64,000 nt of DNA from Cladosporium halotolerans (taxonomy: Eukaryota), in NCBI RefSeq assembly GCF_011745625.1, contig NW_027191500.1, positions 1 through 64,000 on the forward strand, given 5' to 3'. Of this stretch, positions 1 to 11,806 are shown one piece after another. A program made the translations under genes and the position numbers. Below the pieces are notes generated by a model. The model saw only the letters and a list, made by a program, of their open reading frames with translations, was not told the origin of the DNA and did not search any database. Position 1 is the first letter of the stretch; each line of letters starts with the position of its first letter.

Positions 1-291
1 CCCCCCAGCCCCAGTCTATCCTGAAGCGGATCTATGCTGTTCGTTAACGTTGACAATTCAATTGCCTAATGCACTTGCATGTGTCTTCAGTGCTCGAGGA
101 TCGCGGAAGGCCAAGTTCATGATTCAGCCGTCGCAGAGTCAGTCTTGTCCAATACACCACATTATCACGTTCAACCCATGGTTCGCATAGACATTGGAGT
201 GTGGGGAGCGAGTCATTACTTTGCATCTGTATGTCTGATATGGATACACCGGCCTCCAGCACTTGGTTGGCCACAATAGAACAAAAGTGAA

Positions 292-1743
292 CTAGCTCAG
301 AAGCTCATCTTTCCCGAGCATTTTTGCCATGGGATCGTCCTTGGCCGATCTTTCCCGCCTGTACTTCTCCATCTCCGCCTCACTCACGCCAGCCTTCAGC
401 TCGTCCAGCCGTCTGCGGCTCTCGTCCATGTTGGTCTTCTCTGGTCGGTCAACAGCATTGGGCACATGCTCCTCCCGCTCCTCTTCGTCACCCCACGCCT
501 TTGCTTTCTCTTGCACTGCAGCATTATCTGCTTCCTCAGCAGTGGGAAGGGTCAGGCCTCTGGAGAATTGCTCCGCTTCTTCGATGGCCTTTCTGCCTTC
601 CTCACCAACGCAAAAACTGTTCTTGACCGTGCTGTTACAGCACGCGTAACCCCATTTGAAGTCTTTCCACCAACTGCCCCAAACGGTGGTGTGATTGTTG
701 ATAAGAACGTCCTCGGGGTACATGCTCTTCTCCTTGACTTGTGGTGCACCCTTGATCCTGCCTCGCTCGTCGTATTCGACATAACTCTCGTTGGATGTGA
801 CTTGAGCATCTTTGAGCGGATTCGCTTTGACTTCGTCTTGTGCGCCGTACTTCTCCAGGAGCATCTTCTTCTGTGCTTCCTTCTTCTGCAGGTCTTCTTC
901 AGCTTTGCGCTTCCTCGAGATCTCGCCTGCTGTGGGGTTCGCCTGTAGGTGAAGCTTGTCCTTGTCGCCGCGCTCCTGCGTTTCCCAGGCGTACTTTTGT
1001 GCGCGTTCAAACTCAGCCGCGTCGCCGGCCGCACGTTGGAAGCCGTCTTCGGCAATGAGTTCGTTTGTGCTGTCCGCCGTGTCGAGCATGGAGCGGGTTT
1101 TGGGATCGTACTTGGCGCTGTCGAGATCCAGGTTCAACAGGTATTTAGCCGTATCCTCTCGCAAACGAAGATTCCTGGTGGACGTCGCCTGCTTTCTGCC
1201 CATGTCCGTCTCCTCATCGTACTTGGCATCCTCTGCTGCATCTTCATCCTCATCTTCGCCATCTTGCTTTCCGTTCTTTGCCGCCTGCTTCTTCACGTCT
1301 TCGAGCGCGTTGTACTCGTCCACAACCTCCTGATACTGCCCAGCTTCGAACCCATTCCAACGGTCCCTCTTCGCGTCCCAACCCAGCTTCACATCCTGCA
1401 CGACCTCATCCGCGGCAATATTCTTTCCCGTCCATTTCGCGCCATGCTTGCGCCGCCGCTCCAGACAGTCCTTAGATTTGTGCGTCATCGCTCCGCAGTT
1501 CTCGCACGCGCCTTTTCGGAACTTGGTCGCGGCAGGACCAGCACGCTTGCCGCGATCGTACCATTTTGAGGTCGCTAGCGAGTCCTTGTTCTTCTCCGAC
1601 TGAAGACGTTGATGCTCTAGATAGTCGTCTTGCGATGCGGTCGCATCGTCGATGTAGAAGGGCTTCTTCGCAATGAAAGACGGGATGTACTCGTTACGCT
1701 CATTACTCTTCTGAGCCGACTCGGCGGGTTTTTTGGGCGGCAT
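292..1743 (-). CDS. SLU7: Pre-mRNA splicing factor Slu7
   Basis: Intronless ORF from ATG 1743 (MPPKKP). Motifs [13 protein letters not shown], zinc knuckle [49 protein letters not shown]. Confidence 0.95.
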   Translation of the reverse strand: MPPKKPAESAQKSNERNEYIPSFIAKKPFYIDDATASQDDYLEHQRLQSEKNKDSLATSKWYDRGKRAGPAATKFRKGACENCGAMTHKSKDCLERRRKHGAKWTGKNIAADEVVQDVKLGWDAKRDRWNGFEAGQYQEVVDEYNALEDVKKQAAKNGKQDGEDEDEDAAEDAKYDEETDMGRKQATSTRNLRLREDTAKYLLNLDLDSAKYDPKTRSMLDTADSTNELIAEDGFQRAAGDAAEFERAQKYAWETQERGDKDKLHLQANPTAGEISRKRKAEEDLQKKEAQKKMLLEKYGAQDEVKANPLKDAQVTSNESYVEYDERGRIKGAPQVKEKSMYPEDVLINNHTTVWGSWWKDFKWGYACCNSTVKNSFCVGEEGRKAIEEAEQFSRGLTLPTAEEADNAAVQEKAKAWGDEEEREEHVPNAVDRPEKTNMDESRRRLDELKAGVSEAEMEKYRRERSAKDDPMAKMLGKDELLS

Positions 1744-2366
1744 CCTGGTATTGCTTAGCTGGTGCGATGTAGAGCAAGTCCAGCTGCTTGCGCTTTCGTT
1801 CAAGTGATCGCTGCAGGTCAAGAGTGGAGCTCACGGCTCGGCACCTGCGCTGCGGGCCGCTTCCGTTGCGCCTTAGCTTCACGACCTCTATTAAGTCTCA
1901 CCGCAGGGCTTCGGCGACATGAAGCTTGTTCGGCTCCGCAATGTCCGTACAAACACCAACAGCAGGTGGAAAATGTCACGGCAAACCTCAACCTCCGAGG
2001 CTTGCATCACAGCACTAGCCAACGGCAATGCCCCACGAAGCATTGCTAAGCATGCTGTAGCTTTTCTACTAGGCCCTGACGGTAAGCCGCATCACCCTAC
2101 ATAGCAACAGACGACCAAAAAGCGTTTCGCGCCCTTCACGTTATCTTCTTTGCATCTGATCGCTTTTTCGAACGTCATATCGCCTCTCTGTCCACCATCG
2201 ACTAGCTACGGTTTCTCATTGTTGCTGCTCTTGTCTCTCTTTCGTTCCCTCCGACGGAGAATGGAAGAGGCGCCAGCACCTAAGCCAGCAGTCCCCATTC
2301 CATCTCATCCCCATTGGTTCGAGTCCTGGGTCTACAGTCTGTGAAAGAACAGAGCCACTCAATAAG

Positions 2367-4116
2367 ATGCGTTTGCACTCTCTCCGAGATCTGGACAGCT
2401 CTGACGGGACCGTCAAACTCCACGAAGCTGGCGACACTGGCCACTTCGTCCTGCATCCGACACCCAATCCTCTTGATCCGAATGACCCTCTGAGATGGCC
2501 ACGATGGAAGAAACATGTCGCTTTCGGAAGTGTCTGCGCCTTTACGTTCTTGGGAAACTTCGCAATCGGTGGTCTCGCGCCGGCTTTCTACACCCTCAGC
2601 ATCGAATTCAACAAGAGTCAAAGCGAGACGAGTGGACTATTGCTATGGCCAATCTTGGTCCTCGGTGCTTTCAACTTCTTCTGGGTGCCGATGGCCAACT
2701 ACTTTGGCAAGCGTCCAATATTCGTCTTCGCATCACTGCTACTCTCCCTTTGCTATCTATGGGGAGCTGTGGCTGACACGTTCGAGAGCTTGCTCTGGAG
2801 CAACATCATCGCCGCCTTCGCCGCATCTTCCACCGAAGCTCTCGGCGCCTCCATTGTCAACGATCTGTACTTTCTACATGAGCGCGCAAATCTAATGGGC
2901 GTTTACATGAACTTCATCAGTGGAGGGAACACAATCGGGCCCCTGATCTGTGGTTTCATCGTGCAGAGCGTCTCTTGGCGTTGGCATAAATGGCTTGCGT
3001 TTATCCTTACTGCTATCAACTTTCTCGCCGTGCTACTGCTTGTCCCCGAGACACGATATGATCGCACTGGAACCGATGATGCATTGCCTTCAGCTTCGGC
3101 CAGCTCCTCATCCCTTAAGAACAATAGCGACGAGGAAGGTGCCGCCATGGAGAAGACCATCAGCGCCCGTGGAAAAGAGATGAAAACGAACAGTTCAGCT
3201 GAAGCAAAGCCAAAGAAGACTTATCGAGAGCAGCTCAGCCTATGGACCGGCGTGCCAAAGGACACAAACCTGCTGAAACTTTTCCTCCGGCCATTCCCTC
3301 TCATCGTCTACCCGGCAGTAGCCTTTTCGTTTCTCGGTTATGCGTACGTCTCCATGCCGCCATCTATCCACATCAGATAGCTAACACTCATTCTCAGCGT
3401 CTCCCTCGCTTGGGTAGTGGCAATTAACATCCTCAACCCTTTTCTCCTTCAAGTGGCCCCATACAATTTTGGCCCTTCTATAGTCGGCCTGATCAACATC
3501 CCCGGCTTACTTGGCAACCTCTTTGGCGCCTGGGCTGGTGGTTGGCTCGTTGATCGCTATTCAGACCGCTACAGCAAGCGGCACGGCGGCGTGTTCCAGC
3601 CGGAGTCCAGGCTACACCTACTCTGGATTCCGACTTTGATTGTCCCCGCTGGTTGTCTTGCGTTTGGTTATGGAGGGCAATTGGGATTGCATTGGACTTC
3701 GCTGTAAGTTTGGATTTATACGTGTGTGGGGTCTGGGCACTGGCTGACACGGACTTGCAGGTTCTTCGGCTATGGCATGGTCGCCGTGGGCCTGACGTTT
3801 GTGCCAGTCGCTACGATGACATATGCCAGCGACTGCTATCTGCCTGTCAATGCTGATGCGCTTTTGCTTGTCAATGGGCTTAAGGTTCGTGGAAAAGTAC
3901 CTAATTTATGAAGTAGTTGCTAACGCATCGTGATCTCAGAACATCGTCGCCTTCGGATTCTTGTGGGGAGTGGATGCATGGGCGCAGACGGGCTATGTCA
4001 ATTCGTTTGGCACGCAAGCCGGCATCTATGTGGCGATCTTGGCTCTGGCAATACCTTTGATCCTTTTCGGCGAGAAGATCCGTCACAGAACGGCTCAGTG
4101 GAGGATCATCCTTTAA
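2367..4116 (+). CDS. MFS transporter (HOL1-like/DHA1-related), 4 exons
   Basis: LHPTPNPLDPNDPLRWPRWKK N-terminus, G.RP loop motif, many hydrophobic helices. Introns approx. 3344-3397, 3703-3760 and 3884-3938 join the ORF pieces. Ends ...WRIIL TAA 4116. Confidence 0.88.
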
Positions 4117-4244
4117 GCTGCTATACCTTGAAGCTGCTATAGTGGTTTGCAACGAGCATAACAATAGGATAGCGTTACGGATCTATGACCGTACACAGAT
4201 TACTAAAATGCCATGACATATTAGATATTCGTGAAACATGCCAC

Positions 4245-5324
4245 TTAGCTCTTAGCTATCAACTCCGAGTGCATCTTCGCCACCTCCGGCACAATCAAAC
4301 TCTCAATCTCCACCGGCGTCTCTCTCGACGACGCGCCATCCTGATCTTCCGGCCTCGGCGACGTAACACTCTTCGCCCTCCTCCCAGCCGGCACCCGAAT
4401 CCACTTTTCCCCTCCCGCCGCACTAACAAACAAAACTTCATACTTGCGCGTATTCAGCAAATTGCCAATGACCAGATGATGCGCGTACTTCTTCAGCGCA
4501 TAGTGCGCCTTCTCCGCCAGCAGCGCGGGGTCCGTCTCCAGCTTGAAGCTCACAATCATGCTGCGCGGCGCCCACGCGTCGACCAGCGTCTTCAGGAACT
4601 TCGGCACGGGGTCCAGGTCGATCACCAGCGACTTGCCGTCCATCTGCGCCGCGGGCTTCGCGGCCCCGGGGTCCCCGCCGTTCGCGTGCGTGAAGTCCTC
4701 CGACGACTGGATCTTGTGCTCGACCATGCGCTGCGCCGGCACGAAGAAGTCGCTGACCGCCGCCGCGAGGTAGAACAGGCCGTCCGCGCCCAGCGGGCGC
4801 ATCAGCGTCGCCAGCGCGCGCAGGTCCCACAGGTACTCGTTGACGGTCGTGAAGGGGAGGAGCAGCAGGGCGTTCTCGCGCTTGGCCTTCTCGTAGCGCT
4901 GCAGCACGGCGGACATCTGGGCCTGGTAGGAGGCGTCGACGACGACTTCGCCGCTGGGGCTGGTCGTCATGAAGTCCAGGAAGCAGTTGGTGCTGTGCGA
5001 GTAGTGCCGTGAGTAGGGCAGGAGCGAGAACTGCCGGTGCAGGAAGATGACGGCGTAGTCGCTTTCGAGGAAGTACTCCGCGGACGTGGCGCCGCGCGTG
5101 CCGGCGCTGAAGTTGTCGATGAAGCGCACGGTTTGGTTTTCCAGGGGGACAGTCGTGCCGCCCGAGGTGACCAGGGCTACGCGGCGTTTGTTGGCCGCAT
5201 GGTAGTTTATGAAGTCGCGGGCGAGGGAGGTCGTTTGGTCGAGGGAGGCTGGTTCGGGGTTTCCGGCGAAGTAGTCGGTTTCTGAGGTTGGGGCCGCGCC
5301 ATTGGGCTGCTCTTGAGAGGCCAT
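4245..5324 (-). CDS. CAB2: Phosphopantothenate--cysteine ligase (CoA biosynthesis)
   Basis: VTSGGTTVPLENQTVRFIDNFSAGTRGA.SAEYF, YLAAAVSDFF, SFKLETD motifs. Confidence 0.95.
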   Translation of the reverse strand: MASQEQPNGAAPTSETDYFAGNPEPASLDQTTSLARDFINYHAANKRRVALVTSGGTTVPLENQTVRFIDNFSAGTRGATSAEYFLESDYAVIFLHRQFSLLPYSRHYSHSTNCFLDFMTTSPSGEVVVDASYQAQMSAVLQRYEKAKRENALLLLPFTTVNEYLWDLRALATLMRPLGADGLFYLAAAVSDFFVPAQRMVEHKIQSSEDFTHANGGDPGAAKPAAQMDGKSLVIDLDPVPKFLKTLVDAWAPRSMIVSFKLETDPALLAEKAHYALKKYAHHLVIGNLLNTRKYEVLFVSAAGGEKWIRVPAGRRAKSVTSPRPEDQDGASSRETPVEIESLIVPEVAKMHSELIAKS

Positions 5325-6479
5325 GCTTGGGAAATGGTTTGTGAGGATTTGCTGAAGAGGTGGCTTATTATGATGCTACAAATCTACCCGGATGGTTTTC
5401 CATCAACACGGCGATGGTTCAGTGGATCCTTTGCTGCTTTGATGGCAGCTGATGTGGTCTCTCAGCCCGGCGCGGGCAGTTGATGGTCGCGGTTATCTTG
5501 CGCTGACGTTTCTACTTCCATTGCTCCGGAGCAGCGGCTGGAGTCACGATGCCTCTCTGTTTGCGGTCGAGCAGTACAGTCGCTGCACCGAAGATACCAT
5601 CATACTTATCGGCCACTAGGGCTGACCTGACGTCAAGCTCGGGCCAAGCTTTCCAACATCATCTGCTCCGTGGGACCTGGACGATTCCTCTTCCTTGTTG
5701 TTAGTGAACATTGTATCTTCACACGGACTGTTCAAGGGTTACCTCTGCTACTGTCTCAGAATTGATGTTTCTTCATCGAAAGCTGCGAGAACAGCGGCGG
5801 CTCTGGCAGCTCGAGGTCAAGGAGCCAATGGGAGCATCATCCCTGCGATCCGATAGCCAGACTCCTTGCGACAGCACTACTTCGCGCCTTGCCTGGACAT
5901 TCAGCTCTCTCCCATATCAAGAAGAAGCTATATGTCAACCTTGCAGACCATGTGTCCCAATTTGCTAAGCGGATCCACACACCACGCCCTCGATTGCACC
6001 TCAAGCTGAGTTAAGGGGGGAGCTCGAAATATGACGTTTGATATGCCATCATGTCTCCCTTGTGATAAGTATTCACAAAATATCACTTTCATTTGCACGA
6101 TTCAAACGACGCGCTGGCCTTTGCCGCAAAGAGTTACATGCGAACCTCTGACCCTTTCCAAACCCGACTTACCAAAACGTAGACATCATTTCTTCCAGCT
6201 CAAGTAGCTGAACACGACATTCGGTCTCACTCACCTCGAAGCTAACCTTTCATCCCTTGCGTCGGCCGTCAAGACCCGCCAAATCCAATTGTTGACAAAA
6301 CACACTTGCCCTCCACATTCCACCCCTCACGTCACCGAACACCAAGCACCCACGCGAACGTCAAAAATGCATCATACATCAAAGCCAGGAGGTGCGCGCT
6401 CGCGCGTGCGTGCGCACATCCTGGTTTGTTTTGCTCTCTGGGCTCTCACAAGGAACATTACGGAAACGACAATAACAAC

Positions 6480-7703
6480 ATGGCTACGACGCGACGATTA
6501 CCGCCCCAAGACGAGAAATGGACGCACACGAAGATCGCGACGCGGCCGTCGCCGCCCAAGGAACCGCGCGATGAGCGGGTCAAGTTTCCAAGGCCGATGG
6601 GCGGCGGTGGCGGTGGTGCTGGGAGGAGACCGACGCCGCTGGATGTTCGGCTGGCGCAGGCGAAGGGGAGTGTGAGGTTGGTTCCGAACGAGATGCTTCG
6701 CGAGCCTGAGGTAGTGGATTTCGCTGCTGCTGCGCATGTGCCTTGGCCGAGCAGGATGCCTCCTCCGCCGCCGCCGAAGAGAATGCCGTCGTGGCGGCGG
6801 GGCGTGGCGAGTAGAGGGTCGGAGATGTCGTTTGGGATTCTGGATTACTATATTCGCGATTCACCGCCGATGCAGAGTCCTGAGGTGGTCGATTGCGCTG
6901 GAGATTCGGCGATGGGGAGGTTCGATTTCGGCTTGCCTGCGAAAGCCGCGCTCACGCCCGTTGATGCGAAATCAGGCGCGGGCGAAGACGACGACGACGG
7001 TGAAGGTATCGACCTAACGCCGCTCTCACCCCGGCCTTTCGAGGAAGAAAAGCCCGAACCGCACGCGAAGAAATACAGCCTCTTCCCCGCCGTCAGAGAC
7101 ACCACGCCGTCGGCGCACAGACTCGCGCGCGTGATCAACGACTCTCCGTCTTGCCCTCTGCGCACATCCACGGAAACAACCTCACCACAACTCACACAAC
7201 CCCCCTCAACAACCCCAAATTGGCGGCCCCGCCTCCTCTCCGGCGCCAAAATAGCCACCAGCAGTCCAAGAACACCAACAACAGCGCCAACAACCCTCCC
7301 CTCCCCCACCCACCAACCCTTTAACCCCAGCACCTCCACTCAAACCCCCACCCCTCTCATCACCCTCCGCATCCTCTCCACAAGCTCAACCTCCACAGCC
7401 CAAACCTCGCGCTCCCCCTCCTCCACCACCACCTCCCCGGGCTCCTCGGCGCAGAAACCCCTGCTGAGCCGCAGCCGGTGGTCGGAGGAGACGGTGCTGG
7501 CGAGTCCGGGGGTGGCGAGGGTGAGTTTCGGCAGTCTGGCGGTGGTGCATCCGGCGTGTTTTTTTGAGGACGATGAGGATGATGATGGGGAGTTTGGGGG
7601 GGAGGAGGGGTTGTTGAGGGAAAGTTGGAGGGGGAGGGGAGGGAGGATGTGGAGGTGGGGGTTGTTGGCGGGGTGTTGTGGGAGGGGGAGGGGGAGGAGG
7701 TGA
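6480..7703 (+). CDS. Hypothetical low-complexity Pro/Ser/Thr-rich protein
   Basis: 407-aa ORF from ATG 6480 with short motif-like islands (SFGILDYY, KKYSLFP, SRWSEET, PACFFEDDE). No domain recognised. Confidence 0.6.
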   Translation: MATTRRLPPQDEKWTHTKIATRPSPPKEPRDERVKFPRPMGGGGGGAGRRPTPLDVRLAQAKGSVRLVPNEMLREPEVVDFAAAAHVPWPSRMPPPPPPKRMPSWRRGVASRGSEMSFGILDYYIRDSPPMQSPEVVDCAGDSAMGRFDFGLPAKAALTPVDAKSGAGEDDDDGEGIDLTPLSPRPFEEEKPEPHAKKYSLFPAVRDTTPSAHRLARVINDSPSCPLRTSTETTSPQLTQPPSTTPNWRPRLLSGAKIATSSPRTPTTAPTTLPSPTHQPFNPSTSTQTPTPLITLRILSTSSTSTAQTSRSPSSTTTSPGSSAQKPLLSRSRWSEETVLASPGVARVSFGSLAVVHPACFFEDDEDDDGEFGGEEGLLRESWRGRGGRMWRWGLLAGCCGRGRGRR

Positions 7704-9849
7704 TTGTCTATGATTGTTATGGTTACGGATATGATTTAATGAAAACGATGTTGTGAAATTTTTGCGAGCTCTTGTGGTGGTGAATCCGTTTGGCGAAACG
7801 AGGCATGTGCTCACGGGCACTTAGCGATGGTACCTATGTCCGGCGGTAAGAAGACGATTGCGAATGGATCGAAGATGATTCTGCCGACTAGGCGATAGTC
7901 GCAGGACGATACGCGCTCGAATGTCTTGCGTGACGGAAATATCAACCAACGACGATATAGTCCACCCAACAAACCCATCGACATCGGGCTCGATTAATAT
8001 CCATGTCGACGATATCCCCAAAAGTCTCACATACCCATGCTATATGCAAACGCGATGTCACCAGCCTTAACAACACCCTCATAACCCTCCCCCACTCCCC
8101 AGACCCTTCAGCCATCGACGTCGACGCGCCGCAAGCCTCGACCCGGCCACCAGTTCGGCAGCGAATATGTGGCGGTCCGCTATCGCGCTTGCCGCGCGCC
8201 CTCATCGTCGTCCTGCATCGTAAGACGACGCGGCTTGGGGGCAAAGCTTAAAGAATCACACATCGAAGGAGGAATGTCTATTTCCGTCCGCGACGACAAT
8301 GTCTCACGGCCGGGGGTATTAATACTCGAGACCTACCGCTTGCTCGCTTCCCCGGCCACCAACAGACGTTTCGCAAACGGTCACCACGGTAAGGTACAGG
8401 TACAGGTACCAAGCCGGCCTCCCCCGCGAAGAAGATCGGCCGTTCGTTCGCTTGCGGAGGCCGGAGTGCGGTTCCGCGTTTTTCGCTCGCGGCTCGTATG
8501 CAGAAACGAGCGGGCAGGTAACTGTACTGTGCTGTGCTGCAGATGTGTGTAGATCTGGCGACGAACCCGCGCAGGGTTTGCGAGCTGGACCGGGGATTCG
8601 GGAGGACGCGGTGAGTCAAGGAGCGATGGCGCCAAGCGGGCTGAGGAATAGCGCTTTGGGTGAGGGCGGGCGTTTTTTTGTTTGGGCAGGCAGAGACGAG
8701 GGTGTTTAGAGGTGTGATATACGCTGAAGGTTGATAGTGGAGCGGCAGATCGGCCGCTTGCTGGCTGGCCGTAAGCGAGGGGGAGGGTCAAGCTTCGGAG
8801 CTGTGTCTCTTTCGGGCTGAGCGAGGGCTGGAAGAAGCCGGTAGCGCTGGCTGCGAGTGGCCGGGCGGACGGCAGGCCGACTTCAGCGGAGCGTCGTCGT
8901 CTCGTCTGCAGCGCTGGCTTGCTGGAGGCCGACGAGACGAGACAGAGAGGTGCAGCGGGAGGATGCGCTCCGTGACTGCTCTGCGCGCGACATCGTCTGG
9001 CCTCCGCGGCGATCTCTTCCTGCTCTGTCTGTCTCGCTCTATTCGCGGCCGCTGCCCCAGGCGCGCCGCGGCCTGCGCTGCTGCTGGTGCTGGTGCTGGT
9101 GCTGATTATTCTGGTGCTGGCAACGGCAATACCTACTATAGCAGCTCGGTGGTAAGGCCCGCGCTCGGCTCCTGCGAGCGCACGGCGGCAGGCGCGCAGC
9201 CTCACGGCCCATACCACCATCCCCAGTCCGCCGCACCACCCTCCCATACCCACTCGGTGCCCGTGTTATGGCCAGCGCCCGTCGCGGCAGCGCTTAGCCT
9301 GCGGCGGCACTTGTCACGCCCAACGTCGTGCATACCGCTCCCGCCTCATACCTACTTAACCTGCTCCGTCGCGCGCCTCCCGTCCGCCCATGGCGCCTCG
9401 CACGACGCACGTAGGTACCTGTACGCTGCGCACCCTACCGCCCTCCGACCCTCCAACCCGCGTGCCACCTGCCCTCGAGTGCCTTGACTAAGCCACGCCC
9501 TCCTCCTCCCACCCGCCCACCGCGCTCCCCCAGCATCCCGGCGCGCGACTCGCATATCTCGCATATCCCCTCCGCTGCCGCCCCATCCCTGCACCAGCGC
9601 GCATCACCATTGCGCCGCCAGCAGTGATCGCTCGCGCATTGCCCTCACGCCTTGGCCCTTGCGCCTGCCCGTCGTCGACGACACTCCCGCCGCCGTGCTG
9701 GCTCTCCGATGCTCCAAGTTGTCCTGCTGCCCACCACCCTCGACGCCGCCGCAGCCGACACCGCCACCACCTTCGATGACGTCTCCGAGCGCCTGCGGTC
9801 TACATTGCGAGGGTTGAAGAAGTCGGCACCACTTCGAACGCCGACGAGC

Positions 9850-11475
9850 ATGCTTCCGAGCACTGCCGAGGAGCACCCGCTGCCCTTCGGCGACTTCGAG
9901 ACGTCTTTTGCGAGAGACGTGCTGGAGCTCGAGTACGGCGACACCGAGGATGCACTGGACGAGCGACTCCGATTAATAGCGCAAGAGCTGGGGTTGCACG
10001 CGGAAGCTTTGAGGCTGTCGAAGGAAGACGCGAAGGCTGCCTCCACCAACACTTTCGGCTCGTCCGATGTGCTCAGGAGATCTGGGTCCATCGGCTCGAG
10101 GGCCTCGCGCTCCACCGGATTGACTAGCAATTTCTCGGACTTTTGCAACAGAGACCCGGCGTCTCTGCGCAGCAGGAAGAAGGACTCGCTGTCGTTTCGC
10201 GACTACGATTCTTTCCTCTCGCGCGGCTCGCTCAGTGAGAGACGGGACTCGTTGTCCTTCACGCCGCCTCTCACACCCTCACGGTCCTCACTGTCGCTCG
10301 CCCTGTCCTCTCCTTCGGAAGCGTCGCCTAAGAAACATTTCCGCAAGCTGCGCGGACTAAGCATGCTGAAGCTGAACCGAAACGGATCGGATTCATCGCT
10401 TCCTCTAGACGGATGCCCCCACTGCCCACAAAACGCCTTCAGCCAGCGTCGAGCAATCCACAGACTACCCTGCGGCCACAGGCTCTGCACCCAATCTCTC
10501 CGCAACACCATCAACGCCGGCACCCAAGGACCCCTCGGATCCGTCCCCAGCTGCTGCGGCACCCCCATCCCCGGCCGCTTGGTCGAACAAGTAATGACAC
10601 ACGACGAACAAACCGCCCTCCTCGACAAACTCTCCCAATGGGACGAAGCAACCTCCACCACCCCCTCCACCCGCAGCCGTCCAAGCAACACCCCACACCA
10701 CCCCCTCCCAACCCCTCACCCACACCCCACCACCCTCCCCCTCTCAACAGCCACCCACCTCCCCGGCTTCCCCGCCCACCGCGCAGCCCAAACCCTCCAA
10801 CGCGCCCGCTACCAAACCTGGTCCACAACCCAAACCCACCACCTCCACACCGCGCACTCCACAGCCCTCACCGCCCTCCAGCACCGCCACGCAACCGCCC
10901 TCTCCGACCTCCAAACAGCCCACGCCACCGCCCTCGCCGACGCCGAAGACGCCCAGGTCCAAGCCGAAGCCGACCTGCTCGCCGCCCACGCCCGCGAGGC
11001 CCGCGACCTCGCCACCGCCCTGCGCCACATGGAGGCCTACTGCGCGGGCACGCTGGGCTGCGGCGCGCCGCACGGCCGCACCGTCACGGAGCAGGACCTG
11101 CGCGAGCTGGGCAAGGCGCACGCGGCGCGCGCGGGCTTGCCGGGGCGGCACGAGGGCGCGGTGCGCGTGCTGAGGGGCGAGCAGGGGCGGAGGCTCAAAG
11201 GGAGGGTCAAGAGGCAGGAGCGCGAGGTGGGGAATCTGGTCAGGGCGCATGGGGGCGAGGTGGAGGGGTTGGAGAGGGGGTTTGGGGTGCTGGTGCGCGG
11301 GGTGGAGGGGAAGAGGGAGGGGTTGGTGAGGAGGTGGGAGGTGCAGGATGCGGTGTTTTTGAGAAGGTTGGAGGTCGATGGGAGGTTGCCGGGGGTGGAG
11401 TGGGGGGATGATGATGATGATGATGATGGTGCTGTGGATGGGGTGAGGGGGAGGACTGACAGTCGGGTTGGTTGA
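9850..11475 (+). CDS. Degenerate RING/RBR-like domain protein with C-terminal coiled coil
   Basis: CPHC..LPCGHRLC..PSCCG Cys/His cluster, followed by a helical region (ALRHMEAYC, R.VTEQDLREL). Start uncertain: ATG 9709 or 9850. Confidence 0.7.
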   Translation: MLPSTAEEHPLPFGDFETSFARDVLELEYGDTEDALDERLRLIAQELGLHAEALRLSKEDAKAASTNTFGSSDVLRRSGSIGSRASRSTGLTSNFSDFCNRDPASLRSRKKDSLSFRDYDSFLSRGSLSERRDSLSFTPPLTPSRSSLSLALSSPSEASPKKHFRKLRGLSMLKLNRNGSDSSLPLDGCPHCPQNAFSQRRAIHRLPCGHRLCTQSLRNTINAGTQGPLGSVPSCCGTPIPGRLVEQVMTHDEQTALLDKLSQWDEATSTTPSTRSRPSNTPHHPLPTPHPHPTTLPLSTATHLPGFPAHRAAQTLQRARYQTWSTTQTHHLHTAHSTALTALQHRHATALSDLQTAHATALADAEDAQVQAEADLLAAHAREARDLATALRHMEAYCAGTLGCGAPHGRTVTEQDLRELGKAHAARAGLPGRHEGAVRVLRGEQGRRLKGRVKRQEREVGNLVRAHGGEVEGLERGFGVLVRGVEGKREGLVRRWEVQDAVFLRRLEVDGRLPGVEWGDDDDDDDGAVDGVRGRTDSRVG

Positions 11476-11806
11476 GGCTGCGGCTTTTGGATGATTACTA
11501 TTATACCCTTTTTTTCTTGTTTGTCTGGGTGGTTTGTTGGATTGTAGTTCTGTCTTAGCGCGTTTTCCAGCGGCGGCGGGCTTTTGCTTTCGACTCGAAG
11601 CGAGACGGATATACATACACACGATGTACACGAATTACGGAACGACTCTTTTGATGCATTGCGTAACAGAGCTTGGGGCGGCAATCGAATCACTGGCGTT
11701 TATTCATAGTCTCTGAGGCTACTATTGAATCTTTGGAGGCGTGATCAGTAAGACCTACTGACGTTGTTTGTAATACACCTCTCGCAAAGGCTCTCCCTAC
11801 GATGGG

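Noticed and set aside
8330..8700. Short hairpins (e.g. GCTCGT-N8-ACGAGC) suggesting a structured RNA or riboswitch
   Set aside because: No TPP aptamer, snRNA or snoRNA consensus recognised; such stems are common at this GC content.
10413..11693. Several 200-330 aa alternative-frame ORFs
   Set aside because: Result from stop-codon depletion in skewed, GC-rich DNA.
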